Shown here: one piece after another, positions 32,661-39,120 of the stretch
Numbering within the stretch: the first letter of the stretch is position 1
Layout: every line of letters starts with the position of its first letter
Assembly: GCA_964016885.1 (NCBI GenBank)
Contig: OZ024741.1
Coordinates: 183,520,001 to 183,584,000, forward strand
Reading direction: 5' to 3'
DNA from: Eledone cirrhosa
Taxonomy: Eukaryota
DNA length: 64,000 nucleotides
Notes under the pieces: model-generated
Database searches by the model: none
What the model saw: the letters and a program-made list of their open reading frames with translations, nothing else
What the model was told of the DNA's origin: nothing
Program-made: the position numbers and the translations under genes

Positions 32661-32712
32661 GTATGGTATCATTGGCTGCTGCGGTTAGTAAGGTGTAGCT
32701 TGTGGTGTTACT
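17848..32712 (-). CDS. Alternative overlapping stop-to-stop frame (INTNNTT)n, Asn/Thr-rich, with a C-terminal His/Gln tail of about 260 aa; no Met, so it would need splicing
   Basis: Codon-wise reverse complement of the + GVDGGVV frame, which shows no TTA/CTA/TCA codon. Bounded by TAA at 32713-32715 and 17848-17850. Begins SNTTSYTLLTAAANDTIPSNTTATIKTDTTATIN. Confidence 0.35.
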   Translation of the reverse strand, partial: SNTTSYTLLTAAANDTIPSNTTATIKTDTTATINTNNASINTNNASINTNNTTINTNNTTINTNNTTINTNNTTINTNNTTINTNNATINTNNTTINTNNTTINTNNTTINNNDTTINTNNTTINTNNTTINTNNTSINTNNTSINTNNATINTNNATINTNNTTINTNNTNINTNNTTINTNNATINTNNTTINTNNTTINTNNTTINTNNASINTNNTTINTNNATINTNNTTINTNNTTINTNNTTINTNNTTINTNNTTININNTTINTNNTTINTNNTTINNNDTTINTNNTTFNTNNATINTNNTTINTNNTTINTNNATINTRATTNTNNTTINTNNTTINTNNTTINTNNTTNNTNNATINTNNTTINTNNTTINTNNATINTNNTTINTRATINTNNTTINTNNTTINTNNGTINTNNTSINNTTINTNNATINTNNATINTNNTTINTNNATINTNNTTINTNNATINTNNTNINTNNTFINTNNTTINTNNTTINTNNTTINTNNTTIDTNNTTINTNNTTINTDNTTINSNNATINTDNTTINTNNTFINTNNTTINTNNATINTNNTTINTNNATINTNNATINTNNATINTNNTTINTNNTTINTDNATINTDNTTINTNNTFINTNNTTINTNNATINTNNTTINTNNTTINTNNATINTNNTTINTNNATINTNNTTINTNNNSINTNNATINTNITTINTNNTTINTNNTTINTNNTTINTNNTTININNTTINTNNTTINTNNTTININNTTINTNNTTINTNNTTINTNNTTINNNDTTINTNNTTFNTNNATINTNNTTINTNNTTINTNNTTINTNNATINTNNTTINTNNTTINTSNTTINTNNTTNNTNNATINTNNTTINTNNTTINTNNTTNNTNNATINTNNTTINTNNTTINTNNATINTNNTSINTRATINTNNATINTNNTTINTNNATINTNNTTINTNNTTINTNNATINTNNTTINTNNATINTNNATINTNNTTFNTNNTNINTNNTFINTNNTTINTNNTTINTNNTTINTNNTTIDTNNTTINTNNTTINTNNTTINTNNATINTNNTTINTNNSTINTNNTTINTNNATINTNNATINTNNTTINTNNTTINTDNATINTDNTTINTNNTSINTNNATINTINTNNATINTNNATINTNNTTIKTNNATINTNNATINTNNTTINTNNTNINTNNTTINTNNATINTNNTTINTNNTTINTNNTTINTNNASINTNNTTINTNNATINTNNTTINTNNTTINTNNTTINTNNTTINTNNTTININNTTINTNNTTINTNNTTINNNDTTINTNNTTFNTNNATINTNNTTINTKNTTINTNNATINTTATINTNNTNINTNNTTINTNNTTINTNNTTNNTNNATINTNNATINTNNATINTNNTTINTNNTTNNTNNATINTNNTTINTNNTTINTNNATINTNNTTINTRATINTNNTTINTNNTTINTNNGTINTNNTSINNTTINTNNATINTNNTTINTNNTTINTNNTTINTNNTTINTNNTTINTNNTTINTNNATINTNNTTINTNNTTINTNNTTINNNDTTINTNNTTINTNNTTINTNNTSINTNNTSINTNNATINTNNATINTNNTTINTNNTNINTNNTTINTNNATINTNNTTINTNNTTINTNNTTINTNNASINTNNTTINTNNATINTNNTTINTNNTTINTNNTTINTNNTTINTNNATINTRATINTNNTTINTNNTTINTNNGTINTNNTSINNTTINTNNATINTNNATINTNNTTINTNNATINTNNTTINTNNATINTNNTTINTNNTTINTNNTTININNTTINTNNTTINTNNTTINTNNTTFNTNNATINTNNTTINTNNTTINTNNATINTRATINTNNTTINTNNTTINTNNTTINTNNTTINTNNTTNNTNNATINTNNTTINTNNTTINTNNTTINTNNATINTRATINTINTTINTNNTTINTNNGTINTNNTSINNTTINTNNATINTNNATINTNNTTINTNNATINTNNTTINTNNATINTNNTTINTNNTTINTNNATINTNNTTINTNNTNINTNNTFINTSNTTINTNNTTINTNNTTINTNNTTIDTNNTTINTNNTTINTDNTTINSNNATINTNNTTINTNNTTINTNNSTINTNNTTINTNNATINTNNATINTNNTTINTNNTTINTDNATINTDNTTINTNNTFINTNNTTINTNNATINTNNTTINTNNATINTNNATINTNNATINTNNTTINTNNTTINTDNATINTDNTTINTNNTFINTNNTTINTNNATINTNNTTINTNNTTINTNNATINTNNTTINTNNATINTNNTTINTNNNSINTNNATINTNITTINTNNTTINTNNTTINTNNTTINTNNTTININNTTINTNNTTINTNNTTININNTTINTNNTTINTNNTTINTNNTTINNNDTTINTNNTTFNTNNATINTNNTTINTNNTTINTNNTTINTNNATINTNNTTINTNNTTINTSNTTINTNNTTNNTNNATINTNNTTINTNNTTINTNNTTNNTNNATINTNNTTINTNNTTINTNNATINTNNTSINTRAIINTNNATINTNNTTINTNNATINTNNTTINTNNTTINTNNATINTNNTTINTNNATINTNNATINTNNTTFNTNNTNINTNNTFINTNNTTINTNNTTINTNNTTINTNNTTIDTNNTTINTNNTTINTNNTTINTNNATINTNNTTINTNNSTINTNNTTINTNNATINTNNATINTNNTTINTNNTTINTDNATINTDNTTINTNNTSINTNNATINTINTNNATINTNNTTINTNNSTINTNNTTINTNNTTINTNNATINTNNATINTNNTTINTNNTNINTNNTTINTNNATINTNNTTINTNNTTINTNNTTINTNNASINTNNTTINTNNATINTNNTTINTNNTTINTNNTTINTNNTTINTNNTTININNTTINTNNTTINTNNTTINNNDTTINTNNTTFNTNNATINTNNTTINTNNTTINTNNATINTRATINTNNTTINTNNTTINTNNTTINTNNTTNNTNNATINTNNTTINTNNTTINTNNTTNNTNNATINTNNTTINTNNTTINTNNATINTNNTTINTRATINTNNTTINTNNTTINTNNTTNNTNNATINTNNTTINTNNTTINTNNATINTNNTSINTRATINTNNATINTNNTTINTNNATINTNNTTINTNNTTINTNNATINTNNTTINTNNATINTNNATINTNNTTFNTNNTNINTNNTFINTNNTTINTNNTTINTNNTTINTNNTTIDTNNTTINTNNTTINTNNTTINTNNATINTNNTTINTNNSTINTNNTTINTNNATINTNNATINTNNTTINTNNTTINTDNATINTDNTTINTNNTSINTNNATINTINTNNATINTNNTTINTNNSTINTNNTTVNTNNTTINTNNATINTNNATINTNNTTINTNNTNINTNNTTINTNNATINTNNTTINTNNTTINTNNTTINTNNASINTNNTTINTNNATINTNNTTINTNNTTINTNNTTINTNNTTINTNNTTININNTTINTNNTTINTNNTTINNNDTTINTNNTTFNTNNATINTNNTTINTNNTTINTNNATINTRATINTNNTTINTNNTTINTNNTTINTNNTTNNTNNATINTNNTTINTNNTTINTNNTTNNTNNATINTNNTTINTNNTTINTNNATINTNNTTINTRATINTNNTTINTNNTTINTNNGTINTNNTSINNTTINTNNATINTNNATINTNNTTINTNNATINTNNTTINTNNATINTNNTTINTNNTTINTNNATINTNNTTINTNNTNINTNNTFINTNNTTINTNNTTINTNNTTINTNNTTIDTNNTTINTNNATINTNNTTINTNNATINTNNATINTNNATINTNNTTINTNNTTINTDNATINTDNTTINTNNTFINTNNTTINTNNATINTNNTTINTNNTTINTNNATINTNNTTINTNNATINTNNTTINTNNNSINTNNATINTNIITINTNNTTINTNNTTINTNNTTINTNNTTININNTTINTNNTTINTNNTTININNTTINTNNTTINTNNTTINTNNTTINNNDTTINTNNTTFNTNNATINTNNTTINTNNTTINTNNTTINTNNATINTNNTTINTNNTTINTSNTTINTNNTTNNTNNATINTNNTTINTNNTTINTNNTTNNTNNATINTNNTTINTNNTTINTNNATINTNNTTINTRATINTNNATINTNNTTINTNNATINTNNTTINTNNTTINTNNATINTNNTTINTNNATINTNNTTINTNNTTFNTNNTNINTNNTFINTNNTTINTNNTTINTNNTTINTNNTTIDTNNTTINTNNTTINTNNTTINTNNATINTNNTTINTNNSTINTNNTTINTNNATINTNNATINTNNTTINTNNTTINTDNATINTDNTTINTNNTSINTNNATIHTINTNNATINTNNATINTNNTTINTNNATINTNNATINTNNTTINTNNTTINTNNATINTNNTTINTNNTTINTNNTTINTNNATINTNNTTINTNNATINTNNTTINTNNATINTNNTTINTNNTTINTNNATINTNNTTINTNNTTINTNNTTINTNNTTINTNSTTLNTNNTTINTNNATINTNNATINTNNTTINTNNTTINTNKGHHQYQQRHHQHQQHHHQHQQHHHQHQQRHHQHQQRHHQQQRQHHLHQRYHHQHQQQHHQHQQHHHQYQQHHHQYQQHHHQHQQHHHQHKQRHHQHQQHHHQHQQRHHQHQQHHHQHQQHHHQHRQHQHQHQQHHHQHQQHHHQHKQRHHQHQQHHHQHQHQHQHQQHHHQHQQHHHQHRQHQHQHQQHHHQHQQHHHQYQQHHHQHQQHHHQHQQHHHQHQQRHHQHQQRHHQHQQHHHQHRQHQHQHQQHHHQHQQHHH
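18750..32672 (-). CDS. Mucin-like Pro/Thr/Ser repeat ORF (PTTPPST)n, 4640 aa; candidate giant exon of a secreted O-glycoprotein
   Basis: ORF track. Non-repetitive P/Q/T lead-in MIPYPATPQPPSRPTPQP; ends at TAA 18750-18752. The commonest variant (ACA>ACG) is synonymous in this frame. An in-frame TAA lies just upstream at 32685-32687. Confidence 0.5.
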   Translation of the reverse strand: MIPYPATPQPPSRPTPQPLSTPTTPASTPTTPASTPTTPPSTPTTPPSTPTTPPSTPTTPPSTPTTPPSTPTTPPSTPTTPPSTPTTPPSTPTTPPSTTTTPPSTPTTPPSTPTTPPSTPTTPASTPTTPASTPTTPPSTPTTPPSTPTTPPSTPTTPTSTPTTPPSTPTTPPSTPTTPPSTLITPPSTPTTPPSTPTTPASTPTTPPSTPTTPPSTPTTPPSTLITPPSTPTTPPSTPTTPPSTPTTPPSTSTTPPSTPTTPPSTPTTPPSTTTTPPSTPTTPPSTPTTRPSTPTTPPSTPTTPPSTPTTPPSTPEPPPIPTTPPSTPTTPPSTPTTPPSTPTTPPTTPTTPPSIPTTPPSTPTTPPSTQTTPPSTRTTPPSTPEPPSIPTTPPSTPTTPPSTPTTAPSTPTTPASTTPPSTPTTPPSTPTTPPSTPTTPPSTPTTPPSTLTTPPSTPTTPPSTPTTPTSTPTTPSSTPTTPPSTPTTPPSTPTTPPSTPTTPPSTPTTPPSTPTTPPSTPTTPPSTATTPPSTPTIPPSTPTTPSSTPTTPPSTPTTPPSTPTTPPSTPTTPPSTPITPPSTPTTPPSTPTTPPSTPTTPPSTPTTPPSTPTIPPSTPTTPSSTPTTPPSTPTTPPSTPTTPPSTPTTPPSTPTTPPSTPTTPPSTPITPPSTPTTPPSTPITTPSTPTTPPSTPTSPPSTLITPPSTRTTPPSTPTTPPSTPTTPPSTSTTPPSTPTTPPSTPTTPPLTSTTPPSTPTTPPSTPTTPPLTPTTPPSTTTTPPSTPTTPPSTPTTRPSTPTTPPSTPTTPPSTPTTPPSTPTTPPSTPTTPPSTQTTPPSTPATPPSTPTTPPTTQTTPPSTPTTPPSTPTTPPSTPTTPPTTPTTPPSIPTTPPSTPTTPPSTQTTPPSTPTTPASTPEPPSTPTTPPSTPTTPPSTPTTPPSTPTTPPSTPTTPPSTPTTPPSTPTTPPSTPTTPPSTPTTPPSTPTTPPSTPTTPTSTPTTPSSTPTTPPSTPTTPPSTPTTPPSTPTTPPSTPTTPPSTPTTPPSTPTTPPSTPTTPPSTPTTPPSTPTTAPSTPTTPPSTPTTPPSTPITPPSTPTTPPSTPTTPPSTPTTPPSTPTTPPSTPTTPPSTPTTPPSTPSTPTTPPSTPTTPPSTPTTPPSRPTTPPSTPITPPSTPTTPPSTPTTPTSTPTTPPSTPTTPPSTPTTPPSTLITPPSTPTTPPSTPTTPASTPTTPPSTPTTPPSTPTTPPSTLITPPSTPTTPPSTPTTPPSTPTTPPSTSTTPPSTPTTPPSTPTTPPSTTTTPPSTPTTPPSTPTTRPSTPTTPPSTPKTPPSTPTTPPSTPQPPSIPTTPTSTPTTPPSTPTTPPSTPITPPTTQTTPPSTPTTPPSIPTTPPSTPTTPPSTPTTPPTTPTTPPSIPTTPPSTPTTPPSTQTTPPSTRTTPPSTPEPPSIPTTPPSTPTTPPSTPTTAPSTPTTPASTTPPSTPTTPPSTPTTPPSTLITPPSTPTTPPSTPTTPPSTPTTPPSTPTTPPSTPTTPPSTPTTPPSTPTTPPSTPTTPPSTTTTPPSTPTTPPSTPTTPPSTPTTPASTPTTPASTPTTPPSTPTTPPSTPTTPPSTPTTPTSTPTTPPSTPTTPPSTPTTPPSTLITPPSTPTTPPSTPTTPASTPTTPPSTPTTPPSTPTTPPSTLITPPSTPTTPPSTQTTPPSTPTTPPSTPEPPSIPTTPPSTPTTPPSTPTTAPSTPTTPASTTPPSTPTTPPSTPTTPPSTPTTPPSTPTTPPSTLTTPPSTPTTPPSTPTTPPSTPTTPPSTPTTPPSTSTTPPSTPTTPPSTPTTPPSTPTTPPSTPTTRPSTPTTPPSTPTIPPSTPTTPPSTPEPPSIPTTPPSTPTTPPSTPTTPPSTPTTPPSTPTTPPTTPTTPPSIPTTPPSTPTTPPSTQTTPPSTPTTPPSTPEPPSIPSTPPSTPTTPPSTPTTAPSTPTTPASTTPPSTPTTPPSTPTTPPSTPTTPPSTPTTPPSTLTTPPSTPTTPPSTPTTPPSTPTTPPSTPTTPPSTPTTPPSTPTTPTSTPTTPSSTPATPPSTPTTPPSTPTTPPSTPTTPPSTPTTPPSTPTTPPSTPTTPPSTATTPPSTQTTPPSTQTTPPSTPTTAPSTPTTRPSTPTTPPSTPITPPSTPTTPPSTPTTPPSTPTTPPSTPTIPPSTPTTPSSTPTTPPSTPTTPPSTPTTPPSTPTTPPSTPITPPSTPTTPPSTPTTPPSTPTTPPSTPTTPPSTPTIPPSTPTTPSSTPTTPPSTPTTPPSTPTTPPSTPTTPPSTPTTPPSTPTTPPSTPITPPSTPTTPPSTPITTPSTPTTPPSTPTSPPSTLITPPSTRTTPPSTPTTPPSTPTTPPSTSTTPPSTPTTPPSTPTTPPLTSTTPPSTPTTPPSTPTTPPLTPTTPPSTTTTPPSTPTTPPSTPTTRPSTPTTPPSTPTTPPSTPTTPPSTPTTPPSTPTTPPSTQTTPPSTPATPPSTPTTPPTTQTTPPSTPTTPPSTPTTPPSTPTTPPTTPTTPPSIPTTPPSTPTTPPSTQTTPPSTPTTPASTPEPSSTPTTPPSTPTTPPSTPTTPPSTPTTPPSTPTTPPSTPTTPPSTPTTPPSTPTTPPSTPTTPPSTPTTPPSTPTTPTSTPTTPSSTPTTPPSTPTTPPSTPTTPPSTPTTPPSTPTTPPSTPTTPPSTPTTPPSTPTTPPSTPTTPPSTPTTAPSTPTTPPSTPTTPPSTPITPPSTPTTPPSTPTTPPSTPTTPPSTPTTPPSTPTTPPSTPTTPPSTPSTPTTPPSTPTTPPSTPTTAPSTPTTPPSTPTTPPSTPTTPPSTPITPPSTPTTPPSTPTTPTSTPTTPPSTPTTPPSTPTTPPSTLITPPSTPTTPPSTPTTPASTPTTPPSTPTTPPSTPTTPPSTLITPPSTPTTPPSTPTTPPSTPTTPPSTSTTPPSTPTTPPSIPTTPPSTTTTPPSTPTTPPSTPTTRPSTPTTPPSTPTTPPSTPTTPPSTPEPPSIPTTPPSTPTTPPSTPTTPPSTPITPPTTQTTPPSTQTTPPSTPTTPPSTPTTPPTTPTTPPSIPTTPPSTPTTPPSTQTTPPSTRTTPPSTPEPPSIPTTPPSTPTTPPSTPTTPPTTPTTPPSIPTTPPSTPTTPPSTQTTPPSTPTTPASTPEPPSTPTTPPSTPTTPPSTPTTPPSTPTTPPSTPTTPPSTPTTPPSTPTTPPSTPTTPPSTPTTPPSTPTTPPSTPTTPTSTPTTPSSTPTTPPSTPTTPPSTPTTPPSTPTTPPSTPTTPPSTPTTPPSTPTTPPSTPTTPPSTPTTPPSTPTTAPSTPTTPPSTPTTPPSTPITPPSTPTTPPSTPTTPPSTPTTPPSTPTTPPSTPTTPPSTPTTPPSTPSTPTTPPSTPTTPPSTPTTAPSTPTTPPSTPTTPPSTPTTPPSTPITPPSTPTTPPSTPTTPTSTPTTPPSTPTTPPSTPTTPPSTLITPPSTPTTPPSTPTTPASTPTTPPSTPTTPPSTPTTPPSTLITPPSTPTTPPSTPTTPPSTPTTPPSTSTTPPSTPTTPPSIPTTPPSTTTTPPSTPTTPPSTPTTRPSTPTTPPSTPTTPPSTPTTPPSTPEPPSIPTTPLSTPTTPPSTPTTPPSTPITPPTTQTTPPSTQTTPPSTPTTPPSTPTTPPTTPTTPPSIPTTPPSTPTTPPSTQTTPPSTRTTPPSTPEPPSIPTTPPSTPTTPPSTPTTAPSTPTTPASTTPPSTPTTPPSTPTTPPSTPTTPPSTPTTPPSTLTTPPSTPTTPPSTPTTPPSTPTTPPSTPTTPPSTPTTPPSTPTTPTSTPTTPSSTPTTPPSTPTTPPSTPTTPPSTPTTPPSTPTTPPSTPTTPPSTPTTPPSTPTTPPSTQITPPSTPTTPPSTPTTPPSTPTTPPSTPTTPPSTPTIPPSTPTTPSSTPTTPPSTPTTPPSTPTTPPSTPTTPPSTPTTPPSTPTTPPSTPITPPSTPTTPPSTPITTPSTPTTPPSTPTSSPSTLITPPSTRTTPPSTPTTPPSTPTTPPSTSTTPPSTPTTPPSTPTTPPLTSTTPPSTPTTPPSTPTTPPLTPTTPPSTTTTPPSTPTTPPSTPTTRPSTPTTPPSTPTTPPSTPTTPPSTPTTPPSTPTTPPSTQTTPPSTPATPPSTPTTPPTTQTTPPSTPTTPPSTPTTPPSTPTTPPTTPTTPPSIPTTPPSTPTTPPSTQTTPPSTPTTPPSTPEPPSTPTTPPSTPTTPPSTPTTPPSTPTTPPSTPTTPPSTPTTPPSTPTTPPSTPTTPPSTPTTPPSTPTTPPSTPTTPTSTPTTPSSTPTTPPSTPTTPPSTPTTPPSTPTTPPSTPTTPPSTPTTPPSTPTTPPSTPTTPRSTPTTPPSTPTTAPSTPTTPPSTPTTPPSTPITPPSTPTTPPSTPTTPPSTPTTPPSTPTTPPSTPTTPPSTPTTPPSTPSTPTTPPSTPTTPPSTPTTPPSTPTTPPSTPITPPSTPTTPPSTPTTPPSTPITPPSTPTTPPSTPITPPSTPTTPPSTPTTPPSTPTTPPSTPITPPSTPTTPPSTPTTPPSTPTTPPSTPTTPPSTPTTPPSTPTTPPSTPTTPPSTPTTPPSTPTTPPSTPTAPP

Positions 32713-32844
32713 TTAATGGTGTTTGTTCTGATCACGAATCAATAGCAATGAGATTGGTGAATATTGGAATCAGAGATGGTTATATATAAAGATCAGTATC
32801 GTTGAAATATACAATCTATCGCATTGTGAGAGTGCATATGTGCG

Positions 32845-33320
<476 letters not shown>

Positions 33321-33323
33321 CCT

Positions 33324-33968
33324 TATAAAGAAAGAAGAAACATTAGATATAATTAATAAGATATACCATACCCACATTTCTTTATTACTCTTCGACTACG
33401 TAGTTTCCTGGCTTATTATGCAAAAACACTACATCACAGAGATGCAGTATTTTTGTGAGGTTTGCCGACTTATCAAGAGGATACCTCATTCAGAGTTTCA
33501 AAACACGTCCGTAGGACGCGAGATAGAATCCTGAAAGACGGAGGTGGAGTTCATCACGTGATACAGCGGTCAAGAAACAGAGCTAAGCCTCTTACAACCA
33601 AGTAAAAAATACCACAAAAGGCGGAGAGGGTATCTATGTCAAAGGCCGTAGAAGAGATGGCTCGGATGGCGAGAAGTTTGAGTAATGAAAACTATCCAGC
33701 AGTCACTACACTTCAGTGCTTACTCTACCATAGGGAGTTATAAACAATATAAAGAAATACACAGACATATATGTGTGTATTCGCATGTGTCTGTGTATTT
33801 CTTTATATTGTTTATAACTCCCTATGTTATTTCTTTATATTGTTCATCACTCTGTGATGTAGTGTTTTTGCATAGTTGGCCACGAAACTACGTAGTCGAG
33901 GAGTAGTGAAGAAATATTTGTATGGTATATCTTATTAATTATATCTATGTTTCTTCTTTCTTTATAAT
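33324..33968. mobile_element. Inverted-repeat pair (33324-33451 / 33850-33967), probably a Penelope-like terminus with a degenerate hammerhead
   Basis: Reverse-complement match of about 120 bp; contains gaaac-tacgta-gtc. Confidence 0.6.
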
Positions 33969-34006
33969 GTATTATATAGCTCTGATATTGAATCAATCTA
34001 ATCCAT

Positions 34007-34147
34007 AGCATAGTTACGTCCCTTTACGATCTGAGTTCAAATCCCGCCGAGGTTGACTTTGTCTTTCATCCTTACGGCGTCGATAAAATAAAACCAGTGA
34101 TGCACTGGGTAATTGCTGGCCTTGTGCCTAAAGTAGAAACAATTATT
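34007..34147 (+). mobile_element. 5'-truncated tRNA-derived SINE (octopus type)
   Basis: B-box gagttcaaatccc, core ctttcatccttacggcgtcgataaaata, tail gtagaaacaattatt; matches the other copies in the window. Confidence 0.9.
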
Positions 34148-34274
34148 TTGTCCCGATTATTCATAGAGCAACAACGGTTAAGGTTGGCACCACACACATT
34201 CAGAGATATATGTGGGTATATTCATGTATATGTGTGTATTCGCGTGTGTCTGTGTATTTCTTTATATTGTATAC

Positions 34275-35420
34275 GGGGGTAGCTATGGGCACAAGAATGG
34301 GCCCGAACTATGCCAACCTTTTTGTTGGCCATGTTGAGGCCCAAATCTTTGCCCAGTACACCGGCCCCACGCCCGAACTGTACGGTCGTTACATTGACGA
34401 CTGTATCGGAGCCACGACCCTCACCCGAGAACAGCTCGACTCCTTTCTCTCCTTCTTCTGCTCCTTCCACCCCTCCCTCCACTTCACCACCTCTATCTCC
34501 ACCACCCACGTCCACTTCTTAGACATCTCCGTCGCCTTCGACCCCTCCCACCACTCCCTCGTCACCTCCGCCTTCTTCAAACCCACCGACTCCCACTCTT
34601 ACCTCGACTTCACCTCTTCCCACCCCACACACACTAAACACTCTATTCCCTACTCCCAACTCCTAGGATCCGCCGCCTCTGTAGCCGAGATGCTGACTTT
34701 GAGTCCCAGGCCCTTTCCCTAGTCAGCCATTTCATCCGCAGAGGTTACCCCCACTCTCTCTCGTCCACACCGCTCTCACCCGCGCCCGTGCTGTCCAACG
34801 CTCCACCCCCCTCACCCCACGCCACCGCACACCCACCCACCGTCTCCCCTTCCCCATCACCTACCACCCCTCCACCTTACCCCTCCACCGCACCATCCGC
34901 CGCCTCTTCCGACGCCTCCAGTCCGACCCCTCCACCTCCCACATCTTCCCAACCCCACCACTCCCCTCCTTCAAACGCGCACGCAATCTCCGCACCCTCC
35001 TCGTCCACAGCTCCCTACCCCCAACCCACGCTCTGTTCCCCCCCCCGTTTCCTTTCCCTGTTCTAGGCCCCGCTGCAACACCTTTCCCCCCATCACCAAC
35101 ACCACCACCTTCCTTTTAATTTCAGTTTATTTTGATCATGCCTTTATTTTTAAATTTTCTCATTCCTTGTATTTTGATCATGCTTTATTTTTATTTTTTA
35201 TCTTTATTTGTTTTTTTTTCATTCGCACCGTTTCCTTTCGCTATATGTCTCTCCACCACTCCCCTACACACCTTTTGAACTCTGTTCCCACACACTTCTC
35301 ACCCGAGGAAGGGCTTATGCCCGAAACGTCGTCCCCCACCTACCCCCCACTCTCCTGAGCGTGAAATTAATAAACATTTATTGTACTGCCTCTCTGTTTT
35401 GTCCCTGTTCAAATTTTTCC
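34275..35420 (+). mobile_element. Truncated, frameshifted Penelope-like retroelement (RT C-terminal half plus 3' end)
   Basis: GVAMGTRMGPNYANLF, RYIDD, FLDI and KPTDSHSYLDFTSSHP motifs; 3' hammerhead-like cccgaggaagggcttatgcccgaaacgtc at 35302-35330; ends in (TA)n. Confidence 0.9.
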
Positions 35421-35480
<60 letters not shown>

Positions 35481-35929
35481 TATACGTATAGAAATTTCGT
35501 ATTTCTAAAGAAATACGGTTTTAGGAAGCCGTAGCTATGCAAACACCGGGTCTAACGCCCTCTCGTGGTGTCCAACCGTCTATGCATTTCAGGCTTGACT
35601 GACTTTCATCGGGACGGTCCCTCCCACCGCTTGCGACTGCCGGACTTGAAAACAGTCGAGAATATATAGTTTTCTCGTCTGTGTAGATGAGGTGATTAAT
35701 CTCATTTGCATGTGAAGCTGCATAAGTTGGCTCAACTTATAATAGAAAAGAAATAGGATTTCGCTTCAAGCATAGCTTTATAATTTCTATATATAATGTA
35801 TAAAGCTTTGATTGTATTGTATAAAACTATGTATATATATATGTATATATACGTTATTCCGGTTTGAATCGGAGGTAACCACAGTAAGTAAGGTACTCAA
35901 TACATTGCAGAGTATAAAAGTTTTAATAT

Positions 35930-36465
35930 AGATGAGATTCTACAGGACTAGAACTGTTTCATTCTTTAGAAATCATCAGGAATCTGGGTATCAAAAAATA
36001 AGTATGGTATTTATAGGTCTCTTCAAGTGGTAGGAGAGGGTGGGGAGTGGGATGGGTGTAGGTCATTGGTTGAAAGAAAAGGGAATTCATTAAAAGCTAA
36101 TTCTACAAAGCTATAGTTTATTTTTATTTTTAGAGTAACAAAGGCAGAAAGAATTCTATAAACAGGTTCAGGATGGGGTGCCACTCCTTATTATTAAGTT
36201 TCTCTTAAGCTAACAGGTATCTATAAGATCAGTGGGGGTCAGTCATGGTTGATAGAATTAAAGGAAAGGGAGATTCTTTAAAAGCTAAATTCTTTAAGGT
36301 TCTACTAAGTGACAAAGGTTTAGAGAATTCTGTAGACAAATTCAAAATATTGAGTGCATATCTTACAATTATCTTTAAATTTCTCTTAAACTATTCAACT
36401 ATATGCCAAAAATCAACAGACACATTCACAAACACACTCACTCACACACTCGCGCGCACCCATAA

Positions 36466-36480
<15 letters not shown>
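35930..36480 (-). mobile_element. Penelope-like 3' terminal repeat with hammerhead motif; inverted copy of 41810-42352
   Basis: Near-identical reverse-complement match of about 550 bp; ctgatga-tttctaaagaat-gaaac...gtc at 35936-35984. Confidence 0.75.
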
Positions 36481-38050
<1,570 letters not shown>

Positions 38051-38459
38051 TTAATATAAATTAATATATGATAAACACATAAGCGTTTGCATTGTAAACG
38101 ACCAAGTTAACTAGATTGAAAAATACTAATTAGATTAATACAGTTTGCCTGTCTCGATTTAAAATAATAAATCAATAAAAACGAACCCATATTGGCAATA
38201 GCCGTGATACCTGGACAAATTTAAATTTCAAAACCCAAATAAGTTTCGCAACGATAATTTAAAAAAGTGAAAAATTCCAATTCCTGTGGTCATCAACAGG
38301 TATCCAGAAATTAGAATGTTTCACCTCGAAATATTTTTGGAGGACTGGTAATCAAATGCCAACGCACGTGGTTTTCCATATATATATATATGTATGTATG
38401 GTGTATGTGTGTATATATATATGTGTGTGTATGTGTGTATATATGTATATATGTGTATA

Positions 38460-38560
<101 letters not shown>

Positions 38561-38581
38561 GTGTGTGTATGTATGTGTGTG

Positions 38582-38652
<71 letters not shown>

Positions 38653-38739
38653 TTTATGTTGGTTGTATACCAACACCTCAGAATGCAGGCTGGAGCACTC
38701 GACGAAGTGCGCAGGTTGGTTTGGTTACTCCGGAGTAGT

Positions 38740-39120
38740 GTAAAATAAAGTTAAATAAAAAGTCAAATGATTAAAATTTAGCTTCGTTTATTACTGCTAT
38801 ATATATATATTTCAGTGACAGCCATCTTTGGCTGTGACCTCTTCAGGCAGTTTGAATTAGTATGGTATAGACAGGTACATATGTTGTTGAGGTGTATAAT
38901 ATTGTCAATACTCTGATTCCAGTTCCTCAGTGAACCCAACCAGGAACTGGGCATATCAGAGTATTGACAATATTATACACCTCAACAACATATGTACTTG
39001 TCTATACCATACTAATTCAAACTGCCTGAAGAGGTCACAGCCAAAGATGGCTGTCACTGAAATATATATAGCAGTAATAAACGAAGCTAAATTTTAATCA
39101 TTTGACTTTTTATTTAACTT

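Noticed and set aside
3207-32688. Plus-strand elastin-like (GVDGGVV)n ORFs ending GCGVAGYGIIGCCG-TAG-TAA
   Set aside because: The Gly/Cys terminus is tempting, but the frame is broken upstream by TAA 18751 and the frameshift, has no ATG or evident acceptor, and similar sequence continues past the stops. Best explained as an antisense shadow; stranded RNA-seq would settle it.
252-32698. Plus-strand poly-(LVLMVVL) ORFs of up to 5305 aa
   Set aside because: Shadow frames of the G/T-rich repeat; an uninterrupted hydrophobic polymer with no unique domain is implausible as a protein.
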